From NCBI RefSeq assembly GCF_032062105.1, contig NW_026926468.1, forward strand, positions 1 to 64,000: a stretch of 64,000 bases of DNA. Reading direction: 5' to 3'. The notes beneath the pieces were generated by a model. The model was not told the DNA's origin. It made no database searches and worked only from the letters and a program-made list of their open reading frames with translations. Source of the stretch: Saccostrea cucullata. Taxonomy: Eukaryota. This document shows positions 38,821 to 53,079 of this stretch, one piece after another. Each line of letters opens with the position of its first letter. The stretch's first letter is position 1. Position numbers and translations under genes: made by a program.

Positions 38821-41541
38821 ATGTATAAAAACGGCCAGATGTGGGATACGTTACTGCTTTCTACGCATCTGACGTGAAAAACGTCTAAAGGGTAAACAAA
38901 CATTCATAACTTCGTTAAAACTACAACTATCAGAACATTTCTTGAACCGAGAAGATAGAAAATAGAGGAAATAATTACAATACATTTGTGCAAAGAAAAC
39001 TGTTGAATGGTCTGAACCAGTTTTTTGCTAGCTCAAGTTTAACTTCGCGCACTATTTGAGGGATTTTGCGACACGGTGGTACTTATGCGTGTTGTTCTGG
39101 GGGGTACATCATAATATAACAATTTAAGAAATCAATGTATTTAGAAAAATTACTTGTTCTAACAGCTGATATTTAAGGAAAGGATTGCACGGGTCCGTGA
39201 AAAAATTCTGCCCAATGAATTTTTCTCATTTTTACATATAACGTTCCTAATGTCAATGATACCATTATATCAAAGCATCAAGCATGGTCATCAGGCTTAT
39301 AAGGAAGTTATGGTTGCCATGGTAACCACCATTTTTTAATCTTTTGATATTTATGAAGTGAGTGTTTTATAATGCCATACACGCAACAAAATTGAAGCAA
39401 ATTCAATATTTTCCTGCAGATATTTGAGAACATGCTTTATACTTATTGAAAAAGAAAAATTGTTTCGGAAACTATTGATAATTGTAATAATGCCATTGTT
39501 TTTTTGGGAAGTATTGATTGTAAATTTGCAGCAATATTTTCACCTAAATAGCAGGTTTTAACGTCTAGACAAAAAATTACCCAATGAATTTTCCCAAAAC
39601 TAATATATGCTGTACTAGTCATTATAAGTGACTTATGGTTAAAATATGAAGTAAGGTAATCAGATTAATTTTGAAGCTACATGCATTTCAGTACCCCCCC
39701 CCCCTTCCTAGAATATTAAAAGATTTCACAGATTTTCATATGATGGTTTGTTCTTGGACCTTAAATATGTATAATCTGTTTAAAAGACAATAAAGGCCAT
39801 ATGTATAGATAAGTAAATACTTTTTTCTCTGAAAATCTGGCAGCTGATGCTCATTTTATATGTGAAACACAATGATTTACTTGTTACCGACAGTGGTCAC
39901 GAAAATAACTATTTTTTCAAACACAGTTTTTCATCTCCAAAACATTCATTTTGTTACTATATCAAAATAAGTAAATAAGTAAATATATTATAAACCAGTG
40001 CACAGTCCTCAAAGGCCTTATTCTTCATGCTTTGAAAACTCAGCGATGTTTCTTCTTAGTGACCTGGAATCGGGGGGGGGGGGGGGGGGGGTTTGGTTCA
40101 GAAATTTGAACACATTGAATGAAAAGATGTTATTTTACAATGTACTCGTAACTACATTAATTTTTTTTAAATAAATGTATTCATCCATAAATTATCTTAT
40201 TTGCCAAATTATAGTAACTTTAAATATTCACATTTACAAATAGTTTTACTTCCGATTCTTTTCAAGTAAGTATACACTTCATTTTCTCCTGTACATGGAT
40301 GAGCGCTATCTCCATTGTGACGTCATAATGACACAATTGACGTCAAAACTATAGATCTACAAAAATAATCATTGATTGAAATATTTTTCCATCGCTTTAT
40401 GATATATATGCTGGAGTGAAACATCTATGTTCATGTCCATGTGATTAAAAAAAAAAATTTTCAAATGTATTCCTATAAGCATGATGAGCTCACATGTTTC
40501 TTTTATTTATTTATGTACATATCTTCCCTGGTATTCTTTCAGAAGAAGTGTGTTGTGTTTCAATACGACGCATAAACCATTTTACAACAATCGTTTACAA
40601 TATATGTGTGACGATGATTGAATGTTTACACGGCGATGTCACTGCTGAAAATACTAAAGACCTTATAGGCCTCGCGAAAAGAAAATCTTCTGCGATATTT
40701 TTTAAAGATACATCTTCTAGGCATGATTGGTCTTCGCCGTAACACGTTTATCAAAATCGCCTTCGTTCATCAATATTTATACATGTTTCTAATAAATCAC
40801 GCCGTCTGAATCTCTTATTGGAAATTATCTTTATATAGATGTAGATCCTATGATAAACAACAATTTTAAATAAAATTCTAATTTTTAAATGAAGAATAAA
40901 CCTCAAGATATAAATCAAATTTATTTTTTATGAACATGGATTTCAATGTTCAGAGATATACAATATAGACAGACGTGTCAAATCGTAAACCATGCACGTA
41001 GATTAAAAATATGATCAACGCTCACCATCACTCTTAGTGCATCGTAACAATCTATAATGTCTTATACTTTCTCTACTTTAGAAAAATAAACCCTTTTTGT
41101 CATGAGCGCAAACATATGACGCTCCTTATTCCGGAAATAGTTACAGCAAAAATTCGTTTTTTATTCACCAAATGACTGATCACGTGACGCCGTGCAATCG
41201 CGTCCATAACCGATAACTTTCATTGATAAAACGCAAACAAAAAATTTAATTTTAAAAAATACTTAACTAAGCAAAATAGACAAAATGAAACTCATTCATG
41301 AATAGATAGAAAACCCAGCATGATCATTATCTATTTCGTTGCCGAGGCAACTGAAGTAATATTTTTCTAATCATTTTTATAACTACACATTACCTCCTTC
41401 TGGAATATTTATACATTGATATATACAAAGATTACAGGAAATTCGAAAAAGTGCCATGAAATCTTGATATTGATTTCTCTAGAAATGCTTAAAACCTTCG
41501 CCATGAAAGGGGTATCCCACATCTGACCGTCTTTTATACAT
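38821..41541. mobile_element. TIR element containing a nested TTAA-type element (39177-41205)
   Basis: Outer ATGTATAAAAACGGCCAGATGTGGGATAC / GTATCCCACATCTGACCGTCTTTTATACAT. Inner TTAA|GGAAAGGATTGCACGG / CCGTGCAATCGCGTCC|ATAA. Confidence 0.7.
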
Positions 41542-44500
41542 GTAAATGAACAGTTGCCACGCAGACTTTGCAAGTTTTGATTAGAGTAGGACTAGTTGTA
41601 TTATAGGCAAGTTGTTTTGGAATAGGACACATATTCTAAAGGTAAAGTGTCTTTCGGCGAACTGTCTTACCTTCTCGCGTATACATAACCTCAAAAGTAC
41701 ATAGCATCCTGTTTGACCTCAGGGTCCACGCAGCTTTTTTTTTTTAAATCAGTTGCAAGTGAAAAGTCAATAAACCAATGCTTAATGCCTATATCATCTC
41801 CATCTTTGCAAAAAATCCTAACACCACTCCCAGTTCCAATGCCTATATTTTTTCATACGTATGCATTTAAATCCTCTAAAAGTGTTATAACAACATAAAT
41901 CAAACTGAACTGCTCTCCGGTTCGCCGTTACGTAATCAAACGTCACCATTTTTCTTGTGTTGTGTTAACCTCTTTCCCATTTACACCCCCTACTAATGTG
42001 TTCTGAACCTTTCATTTTTCTGTCTTCTGCAAATTATAAATCCCGATGAGTTCAGAGTAGCTCGGGCAGTGGCTCTGGCGAAAGTTAAGGAGTCTACAGC
42101 GAGATAGATAACATTATTCACGGAAATGTGGCTAGGAATCGAAGTGACTAGCACGTAGAGACATGGTAAACAGAAAAGTTATGTTGCATTTCAGTTTTCC
42201 CCACCCTATATTTTTCTGTATAAAAATGTATTTCAATCAATCTCTCTTGAATTCATTCAAAATTAAATAAGTATTCACTATGATACAATTTTCTGTAGTC
42301 ATGAATTAAAATTTCTCTTTGGACAATTTTTTTTTGCATGGGAATTGGGACTTTATTTCTAGGCGTCAGATTAGCAATTGGGGCACCAACATGACTTTCA
42401 CTGACAAATCAGCTGAATGAGAATTGCATTATGGGTTACTGGGAATACTACAGAATTTTACTCTCAAGAAAATGAAAATTAAATCTTATGGCGATTGAAA
42501 GGCACAAAAGACAATTTTTCTATATAATTCGTAAATGAAAAGCATTTTTATTCTATTATTTCCAGGCTCACAATGACAAAAAACTCATTTGTTAAATAAA
42601 GGGTGGAAGTCGAGGTTTCTCAAAGTCAAACTGCAAATTTATGCGATTTGCTTCTGTATTAATTCCTTTCTTGTACTATCGGTGAATACAATTGGCTTGT
42701 GGATTCCCTGGCCAAAACACGTGATCACGAGTATAGTTAGGAAAAAAATGTTTTGTCCATTTAAATTCATAAGAGATGCTGCTCGTGATTATTACCCTTA
42801 AAGCGCTGTTGTTCTGAACTTAACACAAACTACATTTTATTAAATATATTTTTTCTAGTTAACAATTACAAATAAAAAACGCCCGTGACATTTTCATAGT
42901 TTCTAATCTTTGTATTGATTTTATAAGAACATTTTTTTTATTTTGCGCTCCATTGACATGATCACAGATTGACCTGAAACACGTGTTTGAAGTAAGATAT
43001 AAACACCTATTTGGTGTAAAGGTTGCTTCAACGATTAGTCAGTTGCTCGTTGTCAGATCCTCTATGCACATGAATAACAATAAATATGGCCAAATAAAGC
43101 AAACAAAGGTTTGTCAGTGTAGATGACATTACACATTTTTTAACCAGAGTATCGGTCGCTAGTGAGCTCTAATTTTCGCCGTAAAGTTTGATAAGATATA
43201 TTGGTATCCCCCCCCCCCCTTGAGCCTACCTTTTCTGTTGAAAATCACGGAAGTCTTTCAGAAAGGTCTGGAAACACATTTGTGAGCCAATGAAAAGAAA
43301 ATTTGTTCTTGTAAAAGTTTTTTTGGTTAAATCAAAGTTATAATGAAAACAACTAGTGCAAATTGTAACGGGAACCGTTACAGATGTTCCCCAAGCGCTC
43401 CCAAACTCCCTTTTGGTGCCATATTCCCTCTAAGCTTCATTAAATAAGACAAACTCTATGCATTTGAGAATTTAACAACTTTTACCCAGAAGTGCACCAC
43501 GTTCATTCAAATTTTAGCATCGCACGCAAGCGCATGTTAATGCATGTTCGTAACGACCATATCATCTTGTCTATACAATTTTATTTTTGTCTATAATATA
43601 TCCCAAAAATTATGGTTCAATAAGATATGATAAATAAAGATTTACTGACAATTTCAGTTTAGTGTGCCCATTAAGTTTTTCGAGACAAGCGCTTTGTCCG
43701 CGATTTTACAGGACAACCCTTGCATAATGGATATCAGCATTTCATTTATATATTTAAAAAGAAATGTTGATCTTCAAAACAAGAATGTTAGATTAAGTAT
43801 GCGCAGTTGCATTGTCGGCGAAACTTAAAATCCAAAGCCATAATGAAAAAAAAAATACCTGTGTAAATCTCTTTTGATTTCCATAGTGCCTAGACTCGAT
43901 GACGCAAAGTTGCATTCCTAGGACAAGGACAATTGTGAGGGTTTTCATTAAGGTCAAGAAACCTGACATCTTCGTTGTTGAAAGCTTTTTCTGGCGTTTA
44001 TTGACCCGATGCTAGAAAGGTTGGCCTTGTAATCTTTAGTAAAAATATCAATTTAATAAAGAATAAAATAAAGAATCGATCGTTTGATTAAACTTTTTTG
44101 ATCCTTATTATGTCTTTTCATGCAAATATTATTATTTTTTCTTTTTAAGGAAAAGGAATTTTTAAAAAAACATTTTCTTTTGTATGAGCAAAAAGCAGTA
44201 CACAGTGGATATTAAAATTAAGACATATGAAAATGAAGTTGAATAAAGCTGTTTGTAACTCACCCATCGAGCAAATAATCTGTTATGTTTGAAAACCACA
44301 CACTATTCAAACAGCATACCTAAATTCCATGCTTACACACAATCGCAGAACGATAGCTATTAAGAAATGTTGCAATGTTTACTTAATGTTTGAAAAGATA
44401 TATAGAATTAAATGAATAATTGAGAGAACTAATTGATTATCATTAATTATTTTATTTATATTATTATTATTATTTAGCATACCCGGTAGTCTACTTATTT

Positions 44501-45162
44501 GCCAGTTTACGTGTTTACTCAAATCTGACCACACATTGTAGGAGGAATTATTCAAGGTAAATCACAGTATGGAAATCAGAAAAATCGATGAAAAGCAATA
44601 TGAAGTCTACTTTTATGCCACATGAAATACTGAAATCTGACCAAAAACGGTACTTGGGGCATTGTTTTGAAAGAATATCGAAGAAATTATATTTTTATTA
44701 CCTTAGAAACCTAAAGCAAATTATAACAAGAATTATGTTTTAGTAGAATCTACTTGTGTAAAAAGTTAGTTCACGGAAACTTTAATGTTTATTAACCATG
44801 GCAGAACAATTTATTGAAATCAAAATCTGATACACAAAAATATGTTTTTGAATATAGCTTTTTTGTGTGCCAAATTATATTGAAATCAGACCAAATCTGT
44901 AGAAGTATAGTATTTTGAAGGAATTTAACGGAAATTTCTATTTTAAGCAACAATAGCTACACCATTTATGGAATCAAACACCGATATGTAGCATAATGCA
45001 TCTCAATGTGATCTTTTTGTGTGAAAAATTATATTGAAATTGGACTTAAACTGTATTGAAATTGGACTTAAACATTAGGAGGAGGAACGTTTTGAATATT
45101 GCTATTGAATGAACAGGTGGACAGACACACGGACAACGAAGGGCTTTACATAGAGCTTTTAA

Positions 45163-46067
45163 GGACGTTCGATTCTGCGCTTTTGAGCGGATTTTGGTCC
45201 TGTCCTCTATTTATAAAATTCTGCATCATTTTTAGGTTCTAACATTAAATCTGAATTCTATAATGCAAATTGAACTATATTCAATGAAAAAATCGTAATT
45301 AAGTTCCATTCAAGTAGAATTAAGCCACGAACTTTTTTTTGTGGCAGAAGGTTTTATAGAAGAAAATGATCAATTTTTCCCTTTTGAATTTTAACGGTAC
45401 TGTTTATTTTAGATTCAGTAAAACGTGTTATGCTGGTTCTGAAATATCTAGTAAATCATTTCTTAGGAATTCTTTCAACGAAATGTGATAAATATAGTAA
45501 ATATATTCTGAAAATCCAGGAAAAAATTGAGGCAATTTTAACACAAAATTGGTACTTTTTTAGTAATATCTGAAAATTTACATCATATACCCCAACTTTT
45601 GATGTTCTTTTCTAAATATCTAAGAAAATAAGCAAATAACTTTGACCTATTTGCTTAATTTCAGAAAAAGTTTAAGACTTTAAAATAATTTTCTTGCTTA
45701 TTAAATTTTCAATGCCAGAAAAATCACATTTTATTAGTGCAAAAAGGTCAATAATTGAATATGCGAAGCAATTTGAAACATTTTCTAAGTCACAATTTTA
45801 AAGTGTCTTATTTTAATTAGACTTAGGGTTCATTTTGTTTCATGCTTTAATAGGATAAAAATATTGGAGGGAAAACGTCGAAGATGTGATTTTTAATTAA
45901 GAAACAAATTTCAGTGCAAAAAGGTCATATTAAATGTACTGTAGCGCCAAAAGAAGCAATTTGACCCCCATTTTTTCATTTGAATTTTAATTAAGCTATG
46001 TATGTACAATTTAAAAATATACTTGGCAAAAAATGTTTAAGACTTGAAATATCAGGATCGAACGTCG
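45163..46067. mobile_element. Kolobok-like TTAA MITE (compact sister of 18093-23618)
   Basis: TTAA|GGACGTTCGATTCTG ... TCAGGATCGAACGTCG|TTAA. The interior aligns to both arms of the larger copy. Confidence 0.9.
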
Positions 46068-47376
46068 TTAAAAAAACTTGTATTTCCGTAGATTTCACTT
46101 CCTCAAATGAATGTTGAAAACAAAAGACCTGAAAAAGTGACTTTAAAGAAACAAAGAACAAGGAACAGTTTCAGATCAAATTAAGCCTAGTGTTTTTCTC
46201 AAATATGAAAGTTATATAAGAATTTAAAATTAATTCTTTCTGGGTCGTGAAAATTCCATGCAGTACGAATACACAAATTGTTTTTCTTATATGGCCTCCT
46301 AAATCATGATTGTGACCTCATTAACTTGTGCATTTTCCCATGTTTTCTTAAAAACAGTGAAATTTTCTGGGGGATGCTCACTCCTCCATGGCACCTGATC
46401 CCACCTTTGATGTTTCGGAGGTCCGTGTTTGCTCTGCTCTTATTTTGTATATTGTTTAATGGACGTTGAGATTGAAAACTGTTCGTTATTTCCATATCCT
46501 TCTTTCAGAAAACATACTCTGCAAACGTCGCCAAAAAAGATTTTGTGATTTTCAAGGCAGTTTACATAATATATCCAAAAATAGAAGTTGGCAGACACTA
46601 TTTTGTAAAGGAAAATAAGCGCAGAAATGAGTCATTTTGAGTCTTTTCTGTATTAAATTTAGAAATGTACCAACTTATTGACGTAATGTTTCCTGAATGG
46701 TCCTCCTTCATGTCATATTCTTTCATGATTTATCATATTCATCTACTCAACTCTGGTAAAAGCCAATGCCACAACTTATTAAATACATTAAATTTTCGGG
46801 CACACTTAAGTCCAAACGGTATACCTTCTTCTTTGAAACAATTCAAAGAATACATTAGATCAAAATTTGTTTGGTTTGCAAAAATTATGATTATGTGCGT
46901 TCATCATGATGACTAAATTCTATTATGAAGATCATGAAGATCATGCTCCTTACAAGTTATTTTCCTACAAAGGGACTAAGCTCCAGCTTTTATGACTCTT
47001 TTGTTAAAAACAGGCATACAACGCATAATACCATGTGAAGATGAAAAATATGAGTAATTTTTGTAAATGATGTATAGAATTAAAATATCAAATGAATACA
47101 AAAAAGGCGGATGAAAAAGAAAGACTCAAATAAAGCGTATAAATTTAAGCAACAACAGAAGTTATGATTTCTATAATGTTCACTTAACAATGTAAAGGTT
47201 CAAATTTGAAGTCCTCCACCGACAAGCGGAGGTGTCTATTTTTGAGTTTAAAATTCTCGAAGGGATTTTAACAGCAAATAAATTAACCAAATGCTATAAA
47301 AAGCAAAAACATATAAGATCATTGTATTTAGTTAATGTTAAATGTTTAATCATTTCTGATTATCAAGCTTCTTTAA

Positions 47377-48029
47377 GGATATCCGATCCTCAGCCAGGAA
47401 GGATTACTCTTTAATTCATAATTTAATTCAAAAAGTCTTAAATAAAGCTTGAAATTGAAATTTTTTCATGCAACAATTTTCATTTTATGCCTCTACGTAT
47501 GATTCAATGTTCTTTAAAGTTTTAACAAACAGTATTTAAAAAGTTGACATTTGTACCTCATAAAAAAAATCATATTTAAAAAAAATCAAAGTTCTTTAAA
47601 TTTAACCTGAGTTACCAATGTTTATGAGCATGATTTGAAATTAAAAGTGATTTACGGTGTTTTCTTTGAGAGGAAACACTTCATATACTATGCATTATGA
47701 AACGATGGAAGTAAGAAAGTAAAGTGCCGATTAAGTGTAAAAACCATGCAGTTTTCTTTAAAAACTGGATACCTAAGGTTTTTTTTTCCTAAAATGTATT
47801 CCTTAATCAATGATAAATAAGAAAATATGCAGTAGGTAGTTCCAATTGCATTTCCTGAAAAATTAATTTAGATTTACTAATTTTCCCTATATTATATGAT
47901 TATATTTAAAGATGAAGTTTAAAGAAACACCGCGGGTAAATACATTTTACTTTGAGAAATTAGAGACATTTTTGTGAGCATTTTCAATAACTCGTTCCCT
48001 GATTTTCATAAACTGAGGATCGGATGACC
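47377..48029. mobile_element. Kolobok-like TTAA MITE
   Basis: TTAA|GGATATCCGATCCTCAG ... CTGAGGATCGGATGACC|TTAA. Confidence 0.85.
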
Positions 48030-48706
48030 TTAAAAAAAGTAATCGATACTTACAGCCTTTATATCTAATAAAGTACGAAAAGTACTACTAGTTCCCTGGG
48101 ATGCGTATTCAGAAAATCCCCCTGTCCTCTAATATGGTCCTCCAATTGCAGATTACAAAGGTCTTTGCAACACTAAAACGACGCTTTAAATTTCACCTAT
48201 AAATATAGAAAAAAAATCTTTTTTGCGAATTCACAAACAAGAAGAGAAAAATGGGTTAGGGAAGGTACTTTAAGCTATTTCTTTTTCAATTCATAAATAT
48301 TTACATTTCTACATAATGTTACTCGTATGTCATTTTCAACATGGTGTATTCAATCCTGTGTAAAAACAAATTTGCCACATTTCAATAGATTTATTAAGTC
48401 TTGAACGTTCGATGTGATTTCACAATCAGGTCGTAAAAGGCCGAAGTGCATTACATTCAACAAAGCTAGGTGGTGTTTAAGAAAACATCAATGATATGAA
48501 GAGACATGTACTTTTTCTATTTTTAAAGGGAACCGACTGGGGTTTCCATTGTGCAATATTTTGCACATCATAGTAAAATGAAACTTACTTACAGATTTAA
48601 AGCAATTCTTTTCACAAAATAAATACAAATTAACAATATTAAGAAACTACAGGTTGAAAATTTAATAACAATTTTAAATAAGTAACGTTCAAAAACGATT
48701 TTTAAC

Positions 48707-49285
48707 TCATATTTACTTGAAAAATACGTTAATGGTAATCTAACAACCAATCTATATGATAAAAATGATTACTTTAACTTTTCTTTCGTCAACTTCCCTT
48801 ACTTATGCAGCAGTATACCTTCATCACCTGCATACGGAGTGTATACATGTATATGTCAGTTGATTCGATACACAAGACCATGCATATATATGCTCTACGT
48901 ATGAACAATTTCTAAAACGAGGTAAATTATTGACATTAGCAAGTTGATGAAACAAGAATATCAGCAGTATCGTTTAAAGTCATCATTTTGTAAGTTCTAT
49001 GGTCGATACAATGACCTTCTCAGCAAATACAATTTATCATTGAGTCAAATGCTGACTGACGTTTTTCATACTTATTGTTGGTTCATTATTATTTATACAC
49101 TGAATTGACGACGGATTTTTTCCGTTATATTTTTACCCGATAATGATAAGGAGCACACGGCGGATGTGACCGGTCAGCAAGGAATGCTCCTCAGATGTTT
49201 AGGAGGCCCGTGTTTGCTCTGCTCCTATTTTGTATTGTTTAGTGGACTTCGATATAGAATACTATTCGCCATCTCCATATACTTC
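48707..49285 (+). mobile_element. Penelope-like retroelement 3' end (RT C-terminus + conserved tail), Naiad-like
   Basis: LYDKNDYFNFSFVNFPYLCSSIPSSPAYGVY...QLIRY...KLMKQEYQQYRLKSSFCKFYGRYNDLLSKYNLSLSQMLTDVF, then CACGGCGGATGTGACCGGTCAGC. No C-terminal GIY-YIG domain follows. Confidence 0.8.
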
Positions 49286-49719
49286 TTTACCTCATATTTC
49301 ATTATAATTGTAAACCCTACAGTGTAGGCATGTGTCATTTTAGAATCAACATGGAACAAGTAAACATATATAAGTTGTACGACCCTTGATTTTCGAAAAC
49401 TAAAATATGCTGAAATTTGTTTTCATCCGTAAGCCTTTAAATTTATTGAATGTAACACAAAATGTATTATCTGTACTTAAGAAATCGACTGTCTGTGGTA
49501 TTATGTGTATGAAAACAACAATAGAAACGTTTTTTAATTCATTAACATATGTAACTTACATTGACTTCAGTATATATGCCAAGTTTTGAAAAAAAAATCT
49601 ACCGTTCAAGTACAGTGTATATTTAGTGAACCGTCTCAAAATAGTTACATGTACTGTTGGATTATACAGGAAAGTGCCATTTATCGCACTTTAAAGCAAA
49701 TGAGTTATATTTCACTTTA

Positions 49720-49721
<2 letters not shown>

Positions 49722-49752
<31 letters not shown>

Positions 49753-52367
49753 TTATTTTCAATTCTTCATACAAACAAACAGTGATATATATATAACAGA
49801 CAAATTACATTACAAACAATATGACAATATTACCTTCAGACAATTTTATGCAAAATTTTTAAAAAGTTTGTAGTCAAGTGATTTCAAATTTTTTAGAATG
49901 GAAGCATAGAAAAAAATTGAAGATTTAACGTGATTAAAGATGTTATAACTAGTTTCATCTAAGGAATTTATTCGACAGTACATCTTATATTTGTAAATCC
50001 TACAGGCAACATATGAGATGAGTGTGTTGAGTGATACAATTTTTCTATTGCGCTCAGAGCTAAATCCAATTATTACATGTTTCCATTTGATATCTATTTT
50101 CAGGTACAAACTTAATCTATTCCAAATTTCACCAACATTTTTACATTCAAAAATGAGATGTTTTGAAGTTTCATTCACGTGACATAATTTGCAATTACTA
50201 CTCGTTTCTTTTTTCCATTTACTGAGATACAAGTTATTACAAAGAATATTGTTTAAAAGTTTATAGTTGAATTCTGTAAGTTGTTTATCGGGTATGTCAT
50301 ATAATTTACATTGATATATATTTTTCCATTCTGAAGGTTCGACACTGAATTCGTTGCTTAAAACTATTTGATAACATGGTTTACAAAATTTTCTGTGTAC
50401 AAGATTGTCATAAAAAAAGTTACATCTTTGATCTATGATATTAACCTGTCCTGTGTAGAAAAGAAAATAATTTTTGTATCTTATGTTAACAAACTTACAA
50501 TTTGAAAAATCATACTTTAGTAGCAAAGGTTTGAAAACAGAAGAAAGAATTTTAAATTCACACAACCAGTTTGACTTGTTTTTTATACAATTAGAAAAAT
50601 CTAACAATGATTTAAAATTACCATCATCGTCAAATAAGTCTTTAACATGCAAAATCCCACTGGCTATCCAGTTTTTAAAAAATAATGTATTTCCCCCTAT
50701 AAACAAAGTTACAATTGTTCCATATCGGCTGTCGAAGAACATTATCGGAAGACATTTTGTTCAAAAAACAGGGCTTACATTCATTAAAGCAACATAACAT
50801 TTGTTGATAAAATTTAGGTAGTTTCTCTAATTTTTCCATATTTTCTACTTTTCTATCAGAAAAATCTAACACATAGAGAACTTCAAAATTTGATTTTTTA
50901 CAATAACCATCAAAAATTTTGTACAAAATACCTTTGCTTTTTAACAATCTAGGTACCCAAGCTGCTTTTAAGGCTTTTAATTTACATTCAATATCAACGA
51001 TTGAGAGTCCACCTTTTAAAATTCTACCTATTAGCGTGTTTCTTTTAATTCGTTCATTTTTATCCCAAATGAAGTTATAAATTAGACGTTGTATTTTTTT
51101 AATGTAAGCATTATCAGGAAGACTTAGTATTGAGGCAACGTATGTAAGTTTAGATATAGCAAGTGTCTTAACTATACATGATTTACCAAATAGCGTTAGT
51201 TTTCTTCTTTTCCAAGATTCAAAAAGTTTTTCAATATCGTGATAAATTTTCATCCAGTTTTTAGTGTAACATTCTTCCTTATCATGCCCTATGAATATTC
51301 CCAAACATCTTACTGCTTTATTCGTAATTTTTATACCGTAGAGTTCATCATATAAATTTCTTAGTTCCCCTAATAAAATGCATTCTGTCTTATGCATGTT
51401 TACTTTTGAACCCGCATGTTCACAGAATTCTTGTAATTTATCCAGAGTTCGCTTCATTGATATTTCGTCTTTTAAAGCTACAGTCAAATCGTCTGCATGT
51501 TGGATGTTTTTAATTTCATAATTATTAATTGTAATGCCTTTTATATCAGTATCACATTTTATTTTAATAGCCAAAATTTCTGCGACGAATAGGTACAAGA
51601 GAGCGGAAATAGGACAGTCTTGCCTAATTCCTTGCGTCATTTCGCTGGTTTTAGAAAGCCAGCCGTTGTTTTTCATTTTAAACATTGGATTTGTATATAA
51701 AATTTTTGCCCATTTTATAAAAATATTGCCAATATTAAATTTTTGTAAGACTTGGAAAAGAAAGTTCCATTCAACCGAGTCAAATGCTTTTTCAAAGTCT
51801 AAGAAAAGTAATATACCATCTGAATTTTCACTTTCACAGTATTCAAAAACGTCAAGTACTAATCTAGCATTTTCACCGATATATCTCCCTTTTATGTAAG
51901 CCGTTTGATTTTCGTTAATCAACTTATATAGTATATTTTGTAATCTCTTTGCAAAGACAAAGGCAATAATTTTATAATCTGTATTTGTTAAGCTTATCGG
52001 TCTATAGTTTTTTAAATTATCTTTTTCACCCTTTTTGTGGATCAGTGATATAATAGAAAGTTTCTGTGTGTAAGACAATTCACCTTTATCAAAAATATCA
52101 TTAAGTGCTTTATAAAAGAAAGGCCCAAGTGTTTCCCAAAAACTTTGATAAAATTCACTAGGAAGGCCATCTAGTCCAGGTGATTTTTCTTTTTTCATGC
52201 TATCAACAGCTTCCTTGCACTCTTCATATGTTGGAAATTTTTCTAACAATATCTTTTCTTCACTTAATTTAGGGATATCGTCTATCTCAGATAAATATTT
52301 TTCTATTTTTTCGTTTGAAATTTCTTTACTAGTATATAGTTAGCTATAAAAAGAATACATTTCACCA
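49722..52367 (-). mobile_element. 5'-truncated L1/Tx1-clade LINE (RT + C-terminal Cys/His zinc finger) with poly(A) and TSD
   Basis: ORF 50675-52249 has KSPGLDG, NYRPISL, DFEKAFD, RQDCPIS and QHADD. It frameshifts into 49846-50742 (CKLC...HLIFEC). AATAAA plus about 29 A at 49722-49750. TSD ACTTTACATTTT at 49714 and 52368. Confidence 0.95.
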
Positions 52368-53079
52368 ACTTTACATTTTATTCAAGAAACAAAAAATTCT
52401 ATCGTCTTGTTTTCAGAGAGGGCATCTCAAAATTCCAAAACCTAAAAATTTTCCCGTCTTTATGGAGTTCTACAAAATATGACGGAAACAAAGAATTCAC
52501 ATTAATAAATAATGAACGGGGGGGGGGGGGGTTAAAAGTCCTATGTATTGAATTTCAAATCAAATCAAAACGTCAGATATTTCGGACCAAATTTTTTGGG
52601 ATTTCTCACATAATACAGATTTTAATAAATTGTCCTTTTACGTACCTCTTTTCTCATGTAGTCCTGCTCTCAATCATCCTTGAAAGAATTTTAACTACAA
52701 TTTTCTATATAGTCATGAAAACAGATATTTCCATTTATGGTATTTGGACGTCTCTGAAACTTCTTTCAGTTTCGACTCTCTTTTGATTTTTATGCCAGAT
52801 TCTATTAATAGGTCCTGGAAATTTGAAGGCGTTCAAGATGGGAAAATCTTTAATATGGTTACTGGGTCGGAAAATTAGAACAGTCTAGTACGGATGAACT
52901 CGGGTACGCCGATATTGAATGAATACCAAAGTTTACAAGCTTACAAGTATGCTATATATTAGAACATGCACAGAAAAGGGAATACCGGTATATGATAAGC
53001 AGCTGTTGATATTCAAAAAATACATATGGGATTGTTCGCATATTTAAACTTCATTTACTTGCTTATTTTCCCCCTTCAA

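Noticed and set aside
49150-49280. Hammerhead ribozyme in the PLE tail
   Set aside because: No CTGATGA...GAAA core with pairing stems found by eye.
50474-51899. Plus-strand ORFs within the LINE
   Set aside because: Antisense shadows of the RT ORF.
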